Source of the DNA: an uncultured Acidimicrobiaceae bacterium
Lineage (GTDB): Bacteria; Actinomycetota; Acidimicrobiia; Spongiisociales; ZC4RG35
DNA: 60,928 bases
Direction of reading: 5' to 3'
NCBI GenBank assembly: GCA_964653975.1
Contig: CAZZIG010000039.1
Coordinates: forward strand, 1 to 60,928
Position 1 is the first letter of the stretch. Each line of letters starts with the position of its first letter. Shown here one piece after another: positions 1 to 8,998 of the stretch. Both the position numbers and the translations under genes were made by a program. Below the pieces are notes generated by a model. The model worked only from the letters and a program-made list of their open reading frames with translations. It did not search any database and had not been told where the DNA came from.

Positions 1-494
1 CCGAGCCGGAAGATCCCGATCCCGGCGACCAGGACCACCAGCGCCGTGAGCATGATGGCGATCACCGAGATCCCGGCGACGAACTTGCCCAGGATCACCT
101 CGTCCCTGTGGATGGGCTGGGACAACAACCGGGGCAACGTGCCCTGGGCCCTCTCCCCGTTGACCGAGTCGAACCCGAACATGATGCCGAGCAGCGGGGC
201 GAGGAAGCTCACGAAGATGATCAGCGGGAACGGGACCGGGTCGGTGGTGACGGTGAACAACTTCAGGAACAGCGCGGTGATCCCCTCGGCGTTGGGCGCC
301 ACGTCACGGATGCCACCCGATGCAGCAAACACCGCGGCGCCGGTGGCGATGCCGAGAACGGCGAGGAGCACGACGAATCGGCCCGAGAAGAGATGGTCGG
401 CGAGTTCCTTGGCGGCCACCACCCTCCATCCCCCCCGGCCGGGTTCGACATGACCCGTCCGGGAGGCGGGCACGTTCCGGGTCGATGGGGTCAT
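1..494 (-). CDS. ABC-2 type transporter permease, runs off the window edge (partial)
   Basis: Translated by hand; not in the ORF track. ATG at 494 overlaps the upstream TGA (ATGA). MTPSTRNV...GWRVVAAKELADHLFSGRF...LAPLLGIMFGFDSVNGERAQGTLPRLLSQPIHRDEVILGKF contains the typical ABC-2 permease 'GE..GTL.LL.QP' motif. Confidence 0.85.
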   Translation of the reverse strand, partial: MTPSTRNVPASRTGHVEPGRGGWRVVAAKELADHLFSGRFVVLLAVLGIATGAAVFAASGGIRDVAPNAEGITALFLKLFTVTTDPVPFPLIIFVSFLAPLLGIMFGFDSVNGERAQGTLPRLLSQPIHRDEVILGKFVAGISVIAIMLTALVVLVAGIGIFRL

Positions 495-1429
495 GCCGGC
501 ACCTCCCGGTTCTCGAAGTACCTGCGATAGATGGCATCGAGGTCTTCGTCGACCCGTCGCACGCCGGTAACCCGTGATCCCGCGGCGACGAGATTGCTGA
601 CGGTCTCGGGGAGCGTCCCCGCGTCGAGCGTGGCTATCCAGGACCCGGGGACCTTCCCATGGATGACGTCTTCGACGGTGTCGAGACCCTCGAGACGACT
701 CCGGGCGAGTTCGACGTCGTCGGCGAAGCGGAACTCGACACGAGCGTGACCGACCTGATGGGCCGCCAGCTCATGGGGCTCGCCGTGGGCCACCACCGAA
801 CCGGCGACGAAGATCGCCACCCGGTCGCACACGGCTTGTACCTGGTTGAGCAAATGGCTGGAGAGGAGCACGGTGACGTTCTGATCGACGGCCAACGACC
901 TGATGAGCTCGAGGATCTCGGCAACACCTTCCGGGTCGATTGCGGTTGTCGGCTCGTCGAGGATCAGGATCGAAGGCTCTTTGACCAGAGCATCGGCCAG
1001 CCCGAGACGCTGTTTCATGCCTCGGGAGTACTCACCCGTCGGCTGATCCGCGGCCTCCAAGAGACCAACCTCGCCGAGGAGCCGGTCGATCCGTGACTCG
1101 GCTTCGTCGAGACGGTTGAGCCGGGCCGTGAACCTCAGGTTCTGGCGTCCGGTCAACTCGTCGTAGAAACCCACCGCGTCCGGGAGGTAACCGACATGAC
1201 GTTTCACCTCGAGGGGACTGCGGCGAGGATCGAGGCCGAGGACCTCCATCTCCCCCGCCGATGGCTCCGTCAGGCCCAGCAACATCAAGATGGTGGTGGT
1301 CTTGCCGGCGCCGTTGGGACCGAGCAAGCCGAAGACCTCGCCGGGTGCGATGTCCAGGTCCAGACCGTCGACCACCGTCACATCGTCGTAACGCTTGGTG
1401 AGACCAACCGTCCGAATGGCACTGCCCAT
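491..1429 (-). CDS. ABC transporter ATP-binding protein (exporter type)
   Basis: Walker A GPNGAGKTT, signature YSRGMKQR, Walker B ILILDEPT, H-loop SSHLL. Confidence 0.95.
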   Translation of the reverse strand: MGSAIRTVGLTKRYDDVTVVDGLDLDIAPGEVFGLLGPNGAGKTTTILMLLGLTEPSAGEMEVLGLDPRRSPLEVKRHVGYLPDAVGFYDELTGRQNLRFTARLNRLDEAESRIDRLLGEVGLLEAADQPTGEYSRGMKQRLGLADALVKEPSILILDEPTTAIDPEGVAEILELIRSLAVDQNVTVLLSSHLLNQVQAVCDRVAIFVAGSVVAHGEPHELAAHQVGHARVEFRFADDVELARSRLEGLDTVEDVIHGKVPGSWIATLDAGTLPETVSNLVAAGSRVTGVRRVDEDLDAIYRRYFENREVPA

Positions 1430-1433
1430 GCAT

Positions 1434-2633
1434 TCATCTCCTGCCGAACCGGCGGAACACCCAGGCGAGGCCGGCGAGCGTCAAGGCGATGAGCGCGATG
1501 CCGATGAAACCCCACAGTGCCGACGGGTTGACCGTGGTCCGAATGTCCACCGAGGCCCCGGCCTCCTCGCTACTGGCGTCGAAGGTGATCACGTAGTCAC
1601 CGGCGATCGCCTGCTCCGAAGGTGTCACAGTGGCCACCACCGCAACCGACTCCCCGGCGCCGATCTCAGCGACCACCTCCTCGGCAAAGCTGACCTCCCA
1701 GTTCCGGGGGGGCGTGGCGGAGAGTTGGACGTTCCGTACAGGCGCGGTGCCGGTGTTGGTCACTATGAGCTCGACATCGCTGGAGCCGTCGGCGCTCACC
1801 TCGGTGCTGAGACGTTGGTCGGTGGTGGTCAGATCGAGAGAGAACGAGCCGACGATCTCCACGATCATCTCTGCCTCCACGGTGGTGTCCGGTGAAGCCG
1901 CCTGAACCGAGATCGAATATTGGCCGGATTCGGCCCGGGGCGGCGATGCCGCCTCCACATTGACCGTGGCGGTGGAGCCGGAGTCGACCTGGATCGTGGC
2001 GGCCTGCGGCTCATTGGACGGCTGGGCGGTGATGTCCCATCCCGTCGGTCCGGCCGAGCTCAACTCGAACTGGAGATCACTCGGGGTGTCGTTGCGAAGC
2101 TCGACGCTGAAAGACGCGGTCTCGCCCGCCGGCACGCGCAGCCCGGGGAAATCGGGCGTGAGGGTCACCTCACCACCAGCCTGGGCGGAGACACGTATCT
2201 GAAGGGCCAAAGACGCCGACGGGCCGCCGGCATCGGCAGTGACTCCGATGTCGTAGGTGCCCTCCGAAGCGTCCACCGGCACGTTCACGTCGAGACTGAC
2301 CTCGGGTGCCGTCGGGCCTGCAGTGACACCACCGATCTCGAAACCTCCACCGCGGAAGGTCGCGGTCCAGCCGTCGGGCAGACCGGTCACGTCCAGAGTG
2401 GCACTCGTTGGGTCTGGTGCCGTGACCGCGATGTCGAAACTCGCCTGATCACCCGCTTGCACCGCGATGTGTGGATAGGGCGTGCTGATCCCGAACGCGG
2501 TCGGGGCAGTGGTATCGGGAGGGGTTTCCTGGGCGATGGCGGGTGTTGCGGCCAGCAAGGCGAAGATCATCGCCAGCGATACCAGCGTGCGAACCGGGCG
2601 CATGTGCTGCATCCTCCAATTGCCGAAACTCAC
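1434..2633 (-). CDS. Secreted NEW3 (NPCBM-associated)-type repeat protein with C-terminal membrane anchor
   Basis: Signal peptide (...ALLAATPAIAQ), three beta-rich repeats (LDVTGLPDGWTATF, LSSAGPTGWDIT, LSATPPRNWEVSF, AIAGDYVITF) and a C-terminal TM helix with RRFGRR tail. The start could be the later ATG near 2603. Confidence 0.75.
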   Translation of the reverse strand: MSFGNWRMQHMRPVRTLVSLAMIFALLAATPAIAQETPPDTTAPTAFGISTPYPHIAVQAGDQASFDIAVTAPDPTSATLDVTGLPDGWTATFRGGGFEIGGVTAGPTAPEVSLDVNVPVDASEGTYDIGVTADAGGPSASLALQIRVSAQAGGEVTLTPDFPGLRVPAGETASFSVELRNDTPSDLQFELSSAGPTGWDITAQPSNEPQAATIQVDSGSTATVNVEAASPPRAESGQYSISVQAASPDTTVEAEMIVEIVGSFSLDLTTTDQRLSTEVSADGSSDVELIVTNTGTAPVRNVQLSATPPRNWEVSFAEEVVAEIGAGESVAVVATVTPSEQAIAGDYVITFDASSEEAGASVDIRTTVNPSALWGFIGIALIALTLAGLAWVFRRFGRR

Positions 2634-2774
2634 AGTTGCTCTTGCGGACCCGTACCCAAGATCACATTTTTACGGAATCTGTAAAGCGCGGGCAAAAAAA
2701 CACCGGTGGGCATGGGGTAACGCCTCGATGTCTCTCGAGGTTGGAACCCCCGGATCGCGCTCAGACCGCCCGGT

Positions 2775-4832
2775 TCACGAGGGACGGAGCCTGAGGCGAC
2801 GGAGGAACTGGGCGTTGATCGCCACGATGACCGTCGAGGCGCTCATCAACACCGCAGCCACGGCCGGGCCGAGCACGATCCCTGCCCATGCCAGGGCCCC
2901 GGCAGCCAGCGGGAGGGCGAGGACGTTGTATCCGGCGGCCCACCCGAGGTTCTGCAACATCTTGCGATACCCGGCCTGGGAGAGTCTGAGTGCTGCGACC
3001 ACGCTACGAGGGTCGTCAGATGCCAGAACGATCCCGGCCGACTCGATGGCCACGTCAGTGCCGGCGCCGATAGCGATGCCCACATCAGCCTGGGCCAGGG
3101 CCGGTGCGTCGTTGACCCCGTCCCCCACCATCGCCACTTTCAGACCCCGACCTTGTAGATCGGCGACTTTGGAGTGCTTGTCCTCGGGCAGCACCTCGGC
3201 CAGCACCTGGTCGATGTCCAGATCGCGACCTACGGCCTCCGCGACCTGATGGGCATCCCCTGTGATCATGGCGACATCGAGCCCGAGCCGATGGAGCTCG
3301 TCGATGGCCTGGCGGGACTCGGGCCGCACCTTGTCTTCCAACGACACTGCCCCCTTCACCTCGCCATCGACCACGACGTAGAGGACGGCTGCGCCTCGCT
3401 CGCTCCAGGGGCGGGCCGCCTCTTCCACTTCTGCGGGTAGCTGCATCTCCCGTTCACGAAGAAGGGCCGGTCCTCCAACCGCGACCCTCGAGCCGGAGAC
3501 GGTGGCCTCCACCCCGCGACCGCTCATCGCCTTGAAGCTCTCTGCGGCCGGGATCCGACCTCGGGCCGCGGCTGCGGCGACGATGGCTCGTGCCAGCGGG
3601 TGCTCGGAGTCAGACTCGACAGCTGCCGCCAATGCGAGCAGTCCATCGGTGTCTTCGTCGATCGACATGACATCGATGACGTCGTGGGCCCCTTCGGTGA
3701 GGGTCCCCGTCTTGTCGAACAGGACGATGTCCACGTTCCTCATCTCCTCGAGGGCGAGGCGATCCTTGACGAGGATCCCGTTTCTCGCCGCCATACTGGT
3801 CGAGATCGATACCACCAGCGGGATGGCGAGTCCCAATGCGTGGGGACACGCGATGACGAGCACCGCCACGGTCCTCACCACGGCCTGGTCGGGTTGGGCG
3901 AGGGTGAGCCAGACGATCGCTGTGATCACAGCCGCCGCCACCGCCACGTAGAACAACAACGCCGCGGCCCGGTCGGCCAGCACCTGGGCCCGGGAGCGCG
4001 ACTGCTGAGCTTGGGCCACGAGACGTTGGATCCCGGCCAGGGCGGTGTCCTCGCCCACGGCCTCGACACGGACCCGGATCGAGTTGTCGGTGGCGACCGT
4101 GCCGGCGACCACCTGATCGCCCGGTGCCTTGGGCACCGGTCTGGACTCCCCGGTGACCATCGACTCGTCGACTTCCACTTCACCCTCGACGATCGATCCA
4201 TCGGCGGGAACCCGCGCCCCCGGACGCACCAGGACCACGTCATCGACCGTCAGGTCTGCGATGGGGACACTCTCGATGCCTCCTTCGCCCACCCGTTCCG
4301 CTTCGTCGGGGAGCAACTCGGCAAGGGCGGCGAGAGCGCCTCGAGCCTGGCCGATGGCACGCATCTCCATCCAGTGGCCGAGGAGCATGATGGTGATCAG
4401 TGCGGCCAGCTCCCACCAGAATTCGAGATCGAACCACCCCGCCGTGGTGGCGAGGGAGGCGGCAAAGGCGACCGTGATCGCCATCCCGATGAGCAGCATC
4501 ATCCCCGGTGCACGGTCCCGAGCCTCCTGGATCGCGCCCTTCAGGAAAGGCGACCCCCCATAGACGAAGATGAAGGTCCCCAACACCGGGGCGACCCACT
4601 GGGACCCGGGGAAGGACGGGGCCGTGTACCCGAACCAGTCCTGGATCATCTCCGAGTAGAAGACGACGGGGAGGGTCAGCGCAAGTGACAGCCAGAACCT
4701 GTCGCGGAACATGGCAACGCTGTGCCCGGCGTGTTTGTCGTGCCCCTGGTGTCGGTGCCCCTCGTCGTGCGCTGCGGACGGCTTGGAGTCGTGTTCCTCT
4801 TCGGTGGAGGTGTGATGTGTGTGATGGTCCAT
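2775..4832 (-). CDS. copB: Copper-translocating P1B-type ATPase, CopB-like with His-rich N-terminus
   Basis: CPHALGL, DKTGTLT, TGES, HPLA, MVGDGVNDAPAL, TM motifs YN and MSAS; N-terminus MDHHTHH...HDKHAGH. Confidence 0.92.
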   Translation of the reverse strand: MDHHTHHTSTEEEHDSKPSAAHDEGHRHQGHDKHAGHSVAMFRDRFWLSLALTLPVVFYSEMIQDWFGYTAPSFPGSQWVAPVLGTFIFVYGGSPFLKGAIQEARDRAPGMMLLIGMAITVAFAASLATTAGWFDLEFWWELAALITIMLLGHWMEMRAIGQARGALAALAELLPDEAERVGEGGIESVPIADLTVDDVVLVRPGARVPADGSIVEGEVEVDESMVTGESRPVPKAPGDQVVAGTVATDNSIRVRVEAVGEDTALAGIQRLVAQAQQSRSRAQVLADRAAALLFYVAVAAAVITAIVWLTLAQPDQAVVRTVAVLVIACPHALGLAIPLVVSISTSMAARNGILVKDRLALEEMRNVDIVLFDKTGTLTEGAHDVIDVMSIDEDTDGLLALAAAVESDSEHPLARAIVAAAAARGRIPAAESFKAMSGRGVEATVSGSRVAVGGPALLREREMQLPAEVEEAARPWSERGAAVLYVVVDGEVKGAVSLEDKVRPESRQAIDELHRLGLDVAMITGDAHQVAEAVGRDLDIDQVLAEVLPEDKHSKVADLQGRGLKVAMVGDGVNDAPALAQADVGIAIGAGTDVAIESAGIVLASDDPRSVVAALRLSQAGYRKMLQNLGWAAGYNVLALPLAAGALAWAGIVLGPAVAAVLMSASTVIVAINAQFLRRLRLRPS

Positions 4833-4846
4833 GATGTCTCTCCCGG

Positions 4847-5131
4847 CTAAGACCGAACGAGCCGCTCGATGGCCCGGGTGGCTTCGGTGACCATCTCGTC
4901 GGCGCTCTGACCGTCCCCGGCCACAGCCGCCTCCCGAACACAGTGACGAACGTGTTCGTCGAGCAACCCGACAGCGACCCCTTTCAGTGCCGCAGAGACT
5001 GCATTGACCTGGGTCAACACATCGATGCAGTACTTGTCTTCGTCGATCATCCGCTGCAGACCCCTCACCTGCCCTTCGATGCGAGCGAGCCGCCTCACGT
5101 AGTCGTCCTTGTTGATCTCATATCCTCGCAT
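4847..5131 (-). CDS. csoR: CsoR family metal-sensing repressor
   Basis: RRLARIEGQVRGLQRMI..YCIDVLTQ...LLDEHVRHCV; conserved Cys/His/Cys ligands. Confidence 0.95.
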   Translation of the reverse strand: MRGYEINKDDYVRRLARIEGQVRGLQRMIDEDKYCIDVLTQVNAVSAALKGVAVGLLDEHVRHCVREAAVAGDGQSADEMVTEATRAIERLVRS

Positions 5132-5139
5132 GGCTCTCC

Positions 5140-5184
5140 TATACCTTAGGGGGGTATAGTATAATGGGATTGAGTCCTCGTCAA
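5140..5184 (-). promoter_or_regulatory. SigA-type promoter overlapping a CsoR operator
   Basis: Minus strand reads TTGACG (5184-5179), N17, TACTAT (5161-5156). Inverted repeat TATACC-TTAGGGG-GGTATA (5140-5158) with a G-tract matches the CsoR operator pattern. RBS AGGAG at 5140-5136. Confidence 0.85.
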
Positions 5185-5187
5185 CCC

Positions 5188-5811
5188 CTAGCCACAGTCC
5201 CTCGTGCTCGAGCCCGCGAAGGTGGGCACCGGTCGCTGCTCAGCCTCGATCGCGTCAGCGGCGGGACCGTTGGTGGCGATGTCGCCGATGAGCCAGTCCA
5301 TCTCCCTGATCTCACGTCTCTGCGCCTCAGCGATCGCAACCGCCAACTCACACACCCTCACGTCTTCGATCTCGGCGCGCTCGCTGGTGAGGATCGCTAT
5401 CGAGTGATGAGGGATCATGGCCCGCATGTAGGACCCCTCCTGGACCGTGGTCTGGCTGCGAACCAGCCACGTGGCCAACGCGAAGACGACGATCGCTCCG
5501 ACGACGATGGCCAGATTCGCCCTCCGGTCCCGGTACATCCCGAGCATGAAGCCGAGCATGACGACCGCCATGCTCGAGCCCATGAGCAATGTCATGAACA
5601 ACCGGGTCTCACTCCAGCGGACATGGTCCAACTCGAAGGTGTTGAGATAGGTGACGGCGTACATCACGACCATTGCGGTGACGATCATGCCGAGAAAGCG
5701 CCAATAGGGGTTGGCAGGGCTCTCCTCGTGGCTTCCAGCCTCCGGTGTCGTCCTCTCGTCTTTGCCATCACCTCTGCTCATCGGGTCTCCACGCTCGTGA
5801 TGATGGATCAC
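5188..5811 (-). CDS. DUF305 family protein with N-terminal TM helices (copper-cluster associated)
   Basis: RAMIPHHSIAILTS double-His motif, EAQRREIREM; three hydrophobic N-terminal segments. Start may be the ATG at 5781. Confidence 0.85.
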   Translation of the reverse strand: MIHHHERGDPMSRGDGKDERTTPEAGSHEESPANPYWRFLGMIVTAMVVMYAVTYLNTFELDHVRWSETRLFMTLLMGSSMAVVMLGFMLGMYRDRRANLAIVVGAIVVFALATWLVRSQTTVQEGSYMRAMIPHHSIAILTSERAEIEDVRVCELAVAIAEAQRREIREMDWLIGDIATNGPAADAIEAEQRPVPTFAGSSTRDCG

Positions 5812-5921
5812 TACCCCGCAGCACCCCGAACGAACCGGGATCCGGCCAGCGGGCGAGACCTCAGACCTCGAGCGGGCTCAACATCGGATGGAGAGAGTTC
5901 GACTCCAACGCCCGGACACGG

Positions 5922-6110
5922 TCACCTTCCCGGCCAACATCGGGGACAGGGGGTCTGGCCTCTCCGCTCGGCCTGGGTGCGGATTGCGGGCACTCCGCGT
6001 ATCCGTCCTGGATCACAGGCCGGCCTCGACATGTCATCGGGGTCTTCCCGATGGAAATGGTCATCGCCCATGTAGGAGATGACGAGGCGGCTGTTGGGGT
6101 TGAACGTCAT
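5922..6110 (-). CDS. Small hypothetical protein (62 aa) with a possible Zn-binding C-terminus
   Basis: MTFNPNSRLVISYMGDDHFH...PAC...QAERRGQTPCPRCWPGR; high GC3 codons. It is the 3' part of track ORF 5922..6431 and the start is uncertain. Confidence 0.4.
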   Translation of the reverse strand: MTFNPNSRLVISYMGDDHFHREDPDDMSRPACDPGRIRGVPAIRTQAERRGQTPCPRCWPGR

Positions 6111-6407
6111 GGCGGTCTTCGTCGGTTGCGTGCGGGTCCAGCCACTCAGAGCGGCTCGTGGCGTAGAAGCCATGGTCGTGCCGGACATCTCGTATTCGAT
6201 TGTCCCCCCGCCGCGGAGAAACCACAAGATGGGCCCCAAACCCCGCCGATCCCCATCTGATTTCGGGCGATCTGGAGTCGATCCGCGACCGCGCCATGAT
6301 CCAGCGCGCACGTGGTCGGCCACAAGTGGTAGGTTCGCCGGTGGCCGAAAGAAAGGCCGCCCAGACGTCTGGGTCGAAGGAGTTGGACGAACAGAGGAGG
6401 ACGACAA

Positions 6408-7856
6408 ATGGTCCCTCGAAGGCTCCCGCACAATGTCCGCCGCGGGCTCACCAGGCGGGAATTCCTGTACCTATCCGGCGCAGGCCTCCTCGCCGCCTGT
6501 GCCGGCAACGGGCTCGGCACGACCACCACCACGGCGGCGAGAACCACCACCACCGGAGCTGGTGTCCCCGGCGAGCCCCAGACGAGTTTCGTCGAGCCCA
6601 CGCAGTCGCTCAGCGGCGAGCTCAACATCTTGCTGTGGAGCCACTTCGTTCCGGCTCACGACACCTGGTTCGACCCCTTCGTGAGGGAGTGGGGTGAACA
6701 GGTCGGCGTCGAGGTCAACGTCGACCACATCGCCGTCGCGGACGTCCCGGCTGCCATCGCCTCCGAGATCCAGTCCGGTCAGCCCGAACACGACCTGATG
6801 CAATACATCGCGGTGCTGAGCCAGCACGAGCCTTCGGTGGTCGACATGGCCGACGTGGTCGCCGAGGCGGAGAATCGCTATGGCGAGATGCTCGACCTGA
6901 CCCGCCGATCTTCGTTCAACCCGAACACGGGCAAGTACTACGCCTACGCCCCGTCATGGGTTCCCGACCCGGGTGACTACAGGCAATCCCTGTGGGAGCC
7001 GGTGGGCTTTCCCGACGGTCCTCGAACCTGGGACGACCTGCTCCAAGGCGGGAGCGAGATCTTCGCCAACGAAGGTGTCCAACTCGGGATCGGGATGTCT
7101 CAGGAGATCGACTCCAACATGGCGCTGCGCGCCCTGATGTGGTCGTTCGGAGGGTCGATCCAGGACGCCAACGAGGCTGTCGTGATCAACTCCGATGCCA
7201 CCATCGCCGCCATCGAGTACATGAACGAGTTGTTCGCCAACGCGATGACACCAGAGGTGTTCGCCTGGAACGCGGCCTCGAACAACCAGGGCATCAACGC
7301 CGGGGAGTTGAGCTACATCCTCAACTCGATCTCGGCGTACCGAACCGCCCAGGACGAGGGTCTCGAAGTCGCGGACGACATCTTCTTCAGCGCTGCTCTG
7401 GAAGGGCCGGAAGCCGCGGTCGTGGCTTCCCACGTCATGTACAACTGGATCATCCCCGACTCCCCGGACGTCAACGTGGCCGCGGCACAGGAGTTCCTCC
7501 TCCACTACACGGAGAATCTCGCTCCCGTCGCCTGGCACTCCAAGCTCTACGACTTCCCGGCTTTCCCCGAGAGAGTCCCCGAGTTGGAGAACTGGCTGGA
7601 CGACGACCCGTTCGGTTCGCAGCCGGCAGACAAACTGGCGGTGCTCAAAGACGCCATCAACTGGGCGACCAACATCGGTCACCCGGGACCGGCGAACCCC
7701 GCAGTTGGCCAGATCTTCGGCGAGTCGATCATCCCGGTCATGTTCGCCGAGGCGGCCCAGGGGACCAAGACACCAGCGGATGCCGTGGCGGACGCCGAAG
7801 CTCAGATCAACGCCATCTTCGACGAATGGCGCAGCCGGGGATTGATCGGAGGCTGA
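6408..7856 (+). CDS. Carbohydrate-type ABC transporter substrate-binding lipoprotein (Tat)
   Basis: TRREFL twin-arginine motif, lipobox LLAAC, Thr-rich linker, LNILLWSHFVP, SBP_bac_1-like; strong RBS GAGGAGG. Confidence 0.9.
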   Translation: MVPRRLPHNVRRGLTRREFLYLSGAGLLAACAGNGLGTTTTTAARTTTTGAGVPGEPQTSFVEPTQSLSGELNILLWSHFVPAHDTWFDPFVREWGEQVGVEVNVDHIAVADVPAAIASEIQSGQPEHDLMQYIAVLSQHEPSVVDMADVVAEAENRYGEMLDLTRRSSFNPNTGKYYAYAPSWVPDPGDYRQSLWEPVGFPDGPRTWDDLLQGGSEIFANEGVQLGIGMSQEIDSNMALRALMWSFGGSIQDANEAVVINSDATIAAIEYMNELFANAMTPEVFAWNAASNNQGINAGELSYILNSISAYRTAQDEGLEVADDIFFSAALEGPEAAVVASHVMYNWIIPDSPDVNVAAAQEFLLHYTENLAPVAWHSKLYDFPAFPERVPELENWLDDDPFGSQPADKLAVLKDAINWATNIGHPGPANPAVGQIFGESIIPVMFAEAAQGTKTPADAVADAEAQINAIFDEWRSRGLIGG

Positions 7857-7963
7857 GACCCACCGACCAGAGTGGAACGGATTTGCAATGCGAACTTCGC
7901 CGGTCAGGGCTGTCGAGTTCGGGGTGGCCGCCATGACGCCACGAGTGGAATAGGGTCACCGAC

Positions 7964-8998
7964 ATGGCGATCGTAGAGGTACGGGGCCTGCGCAAGGAGT
8001 TCGACGACGTCGTCGCGGTCGACGGTGTCGACATTCGCTCCGAGGAGGGTGAGTTCCTCGTCCTCCTCGGGCCCTCCGGATGTGGCAAGACCACTCTCCT
8101 GCGGATGATCGCAGGTCTGGAGGAGCCAACCGATGGGGAGATCCTCCTCGGAGGCGAGCAAGTGAACGGGCTCCCACCGCGGGCCCGCAGGGTGGCGATG
8201 GTGTTCCAGTCCTACGCGCTCTATCCCCACATGACCGTGGCCAACAACATCGCCTTCCCGCTCAAGGCTCAGGGCAGCGAGCCTTCCGAGCGGTCCGACA
8301 AGGTCAAGTGGGCCGCCGGGCTATTCGGGATCGAACACCTCCTCAATAGGCGGCCCCGCCATCTCTCCGGTGGTGAGCGCCAACGCGTCGCCCTGGCTCG
8401 AGCCCTGGTGCGGGAGCCCAGCGTCTTCCTGCTCGACGAACCGTTGTCCAACCTCGACGCCAAGCTCCGGGCCGCTGCCCGCGACGACCTGATGGAGTTC
8501 CAACGTCGAATCGGGATCACCACGATCTACGTCACCCACGATCAGGTGGAGGCGATGGGAATGGGGGATCGCATCGCGGTCATGGACCACGGGAGGGTGC
8601 GCCAACTGGGAACGCCCGAGGAGGTCTATCACAACCCTGCAGACACCTTCGTGGCCCGCTTCCTCGGGTCGCCCCCGATGAACCTGTTGGAGGAAGAGGA
8701 CTTCATGTTCGGCTTTCGCCCCGAGCAGTTTCTCCCCGAAGGCATCGCCTCCGACCAGAACGGTCGTATCCCGTTCACCTTCTATGTGAGCCGGATCGAG
8801 TATCTCGGCTCGGAGCGGTATCTGTACGGCCACATCACGGGTCACGAGGAAACCAAGATCATCGCCATGCTCCCGGCAACGGTCACCTTGCCGTTGACAG
8901 AGAACCGGGACCACCAGTTCTCCGTGGCAGAGAGTCAGATGCGGTATTTCGACAGGGAGCGCGGGGTCAGCATCCCACCGCAGCCGCTGAAGCTGTGA
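7964..8998 (+). CDS. Sugar ABC transporter ATP-binding protein (MalK/UgpC-like)
   Basis: GPSGCGKTT, MVFQSYALYPHMTV, LSGGERQRVALARAL, LLDEPLSNLDAKLR. Confidence 0.95.
   Translation: MAIVEVRGLRKEFDDVVAVDGVDIRSEEGEFLVLLGPSGCGKTTLLRMIAGLEEPTDGEILLGGEQVNGLPPRARRVAMVFQSYALYPHMTVANNIAFPLKAQGSEPSERSDKVKWAAGLFGIEHLLNRRPRHLSGGERQRVALARALVREPSVFLLDEPLSNLDAKLRAAARDDLMEFQRRIGITTIYVTHDQVEAMGMGDRIAVMDHGRVRQLGTPEEVYHNPADTFVARFLGSPPMNLLEEEDFMFGFRPEQFLPEGIASDQNGRIPFTFYVSRIEYLGSERYLYGHITGHEETKIIAMLPATVTLPLTENRDHQFSVAESQMRYFDRERGVSIPPQPLKL

Noticed and set aside
2669-2685. TTTAC-N7-GTAAA inverted repeat upstream of the NEW3 gene
   Set aside because: Short, and no cognate regulator can be assigned.
5890-5910. 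GAGAGTTCGACTC, T-loop-like sequence
   Set aside because: The T-stem does not pair and there are no other tRNA arms.
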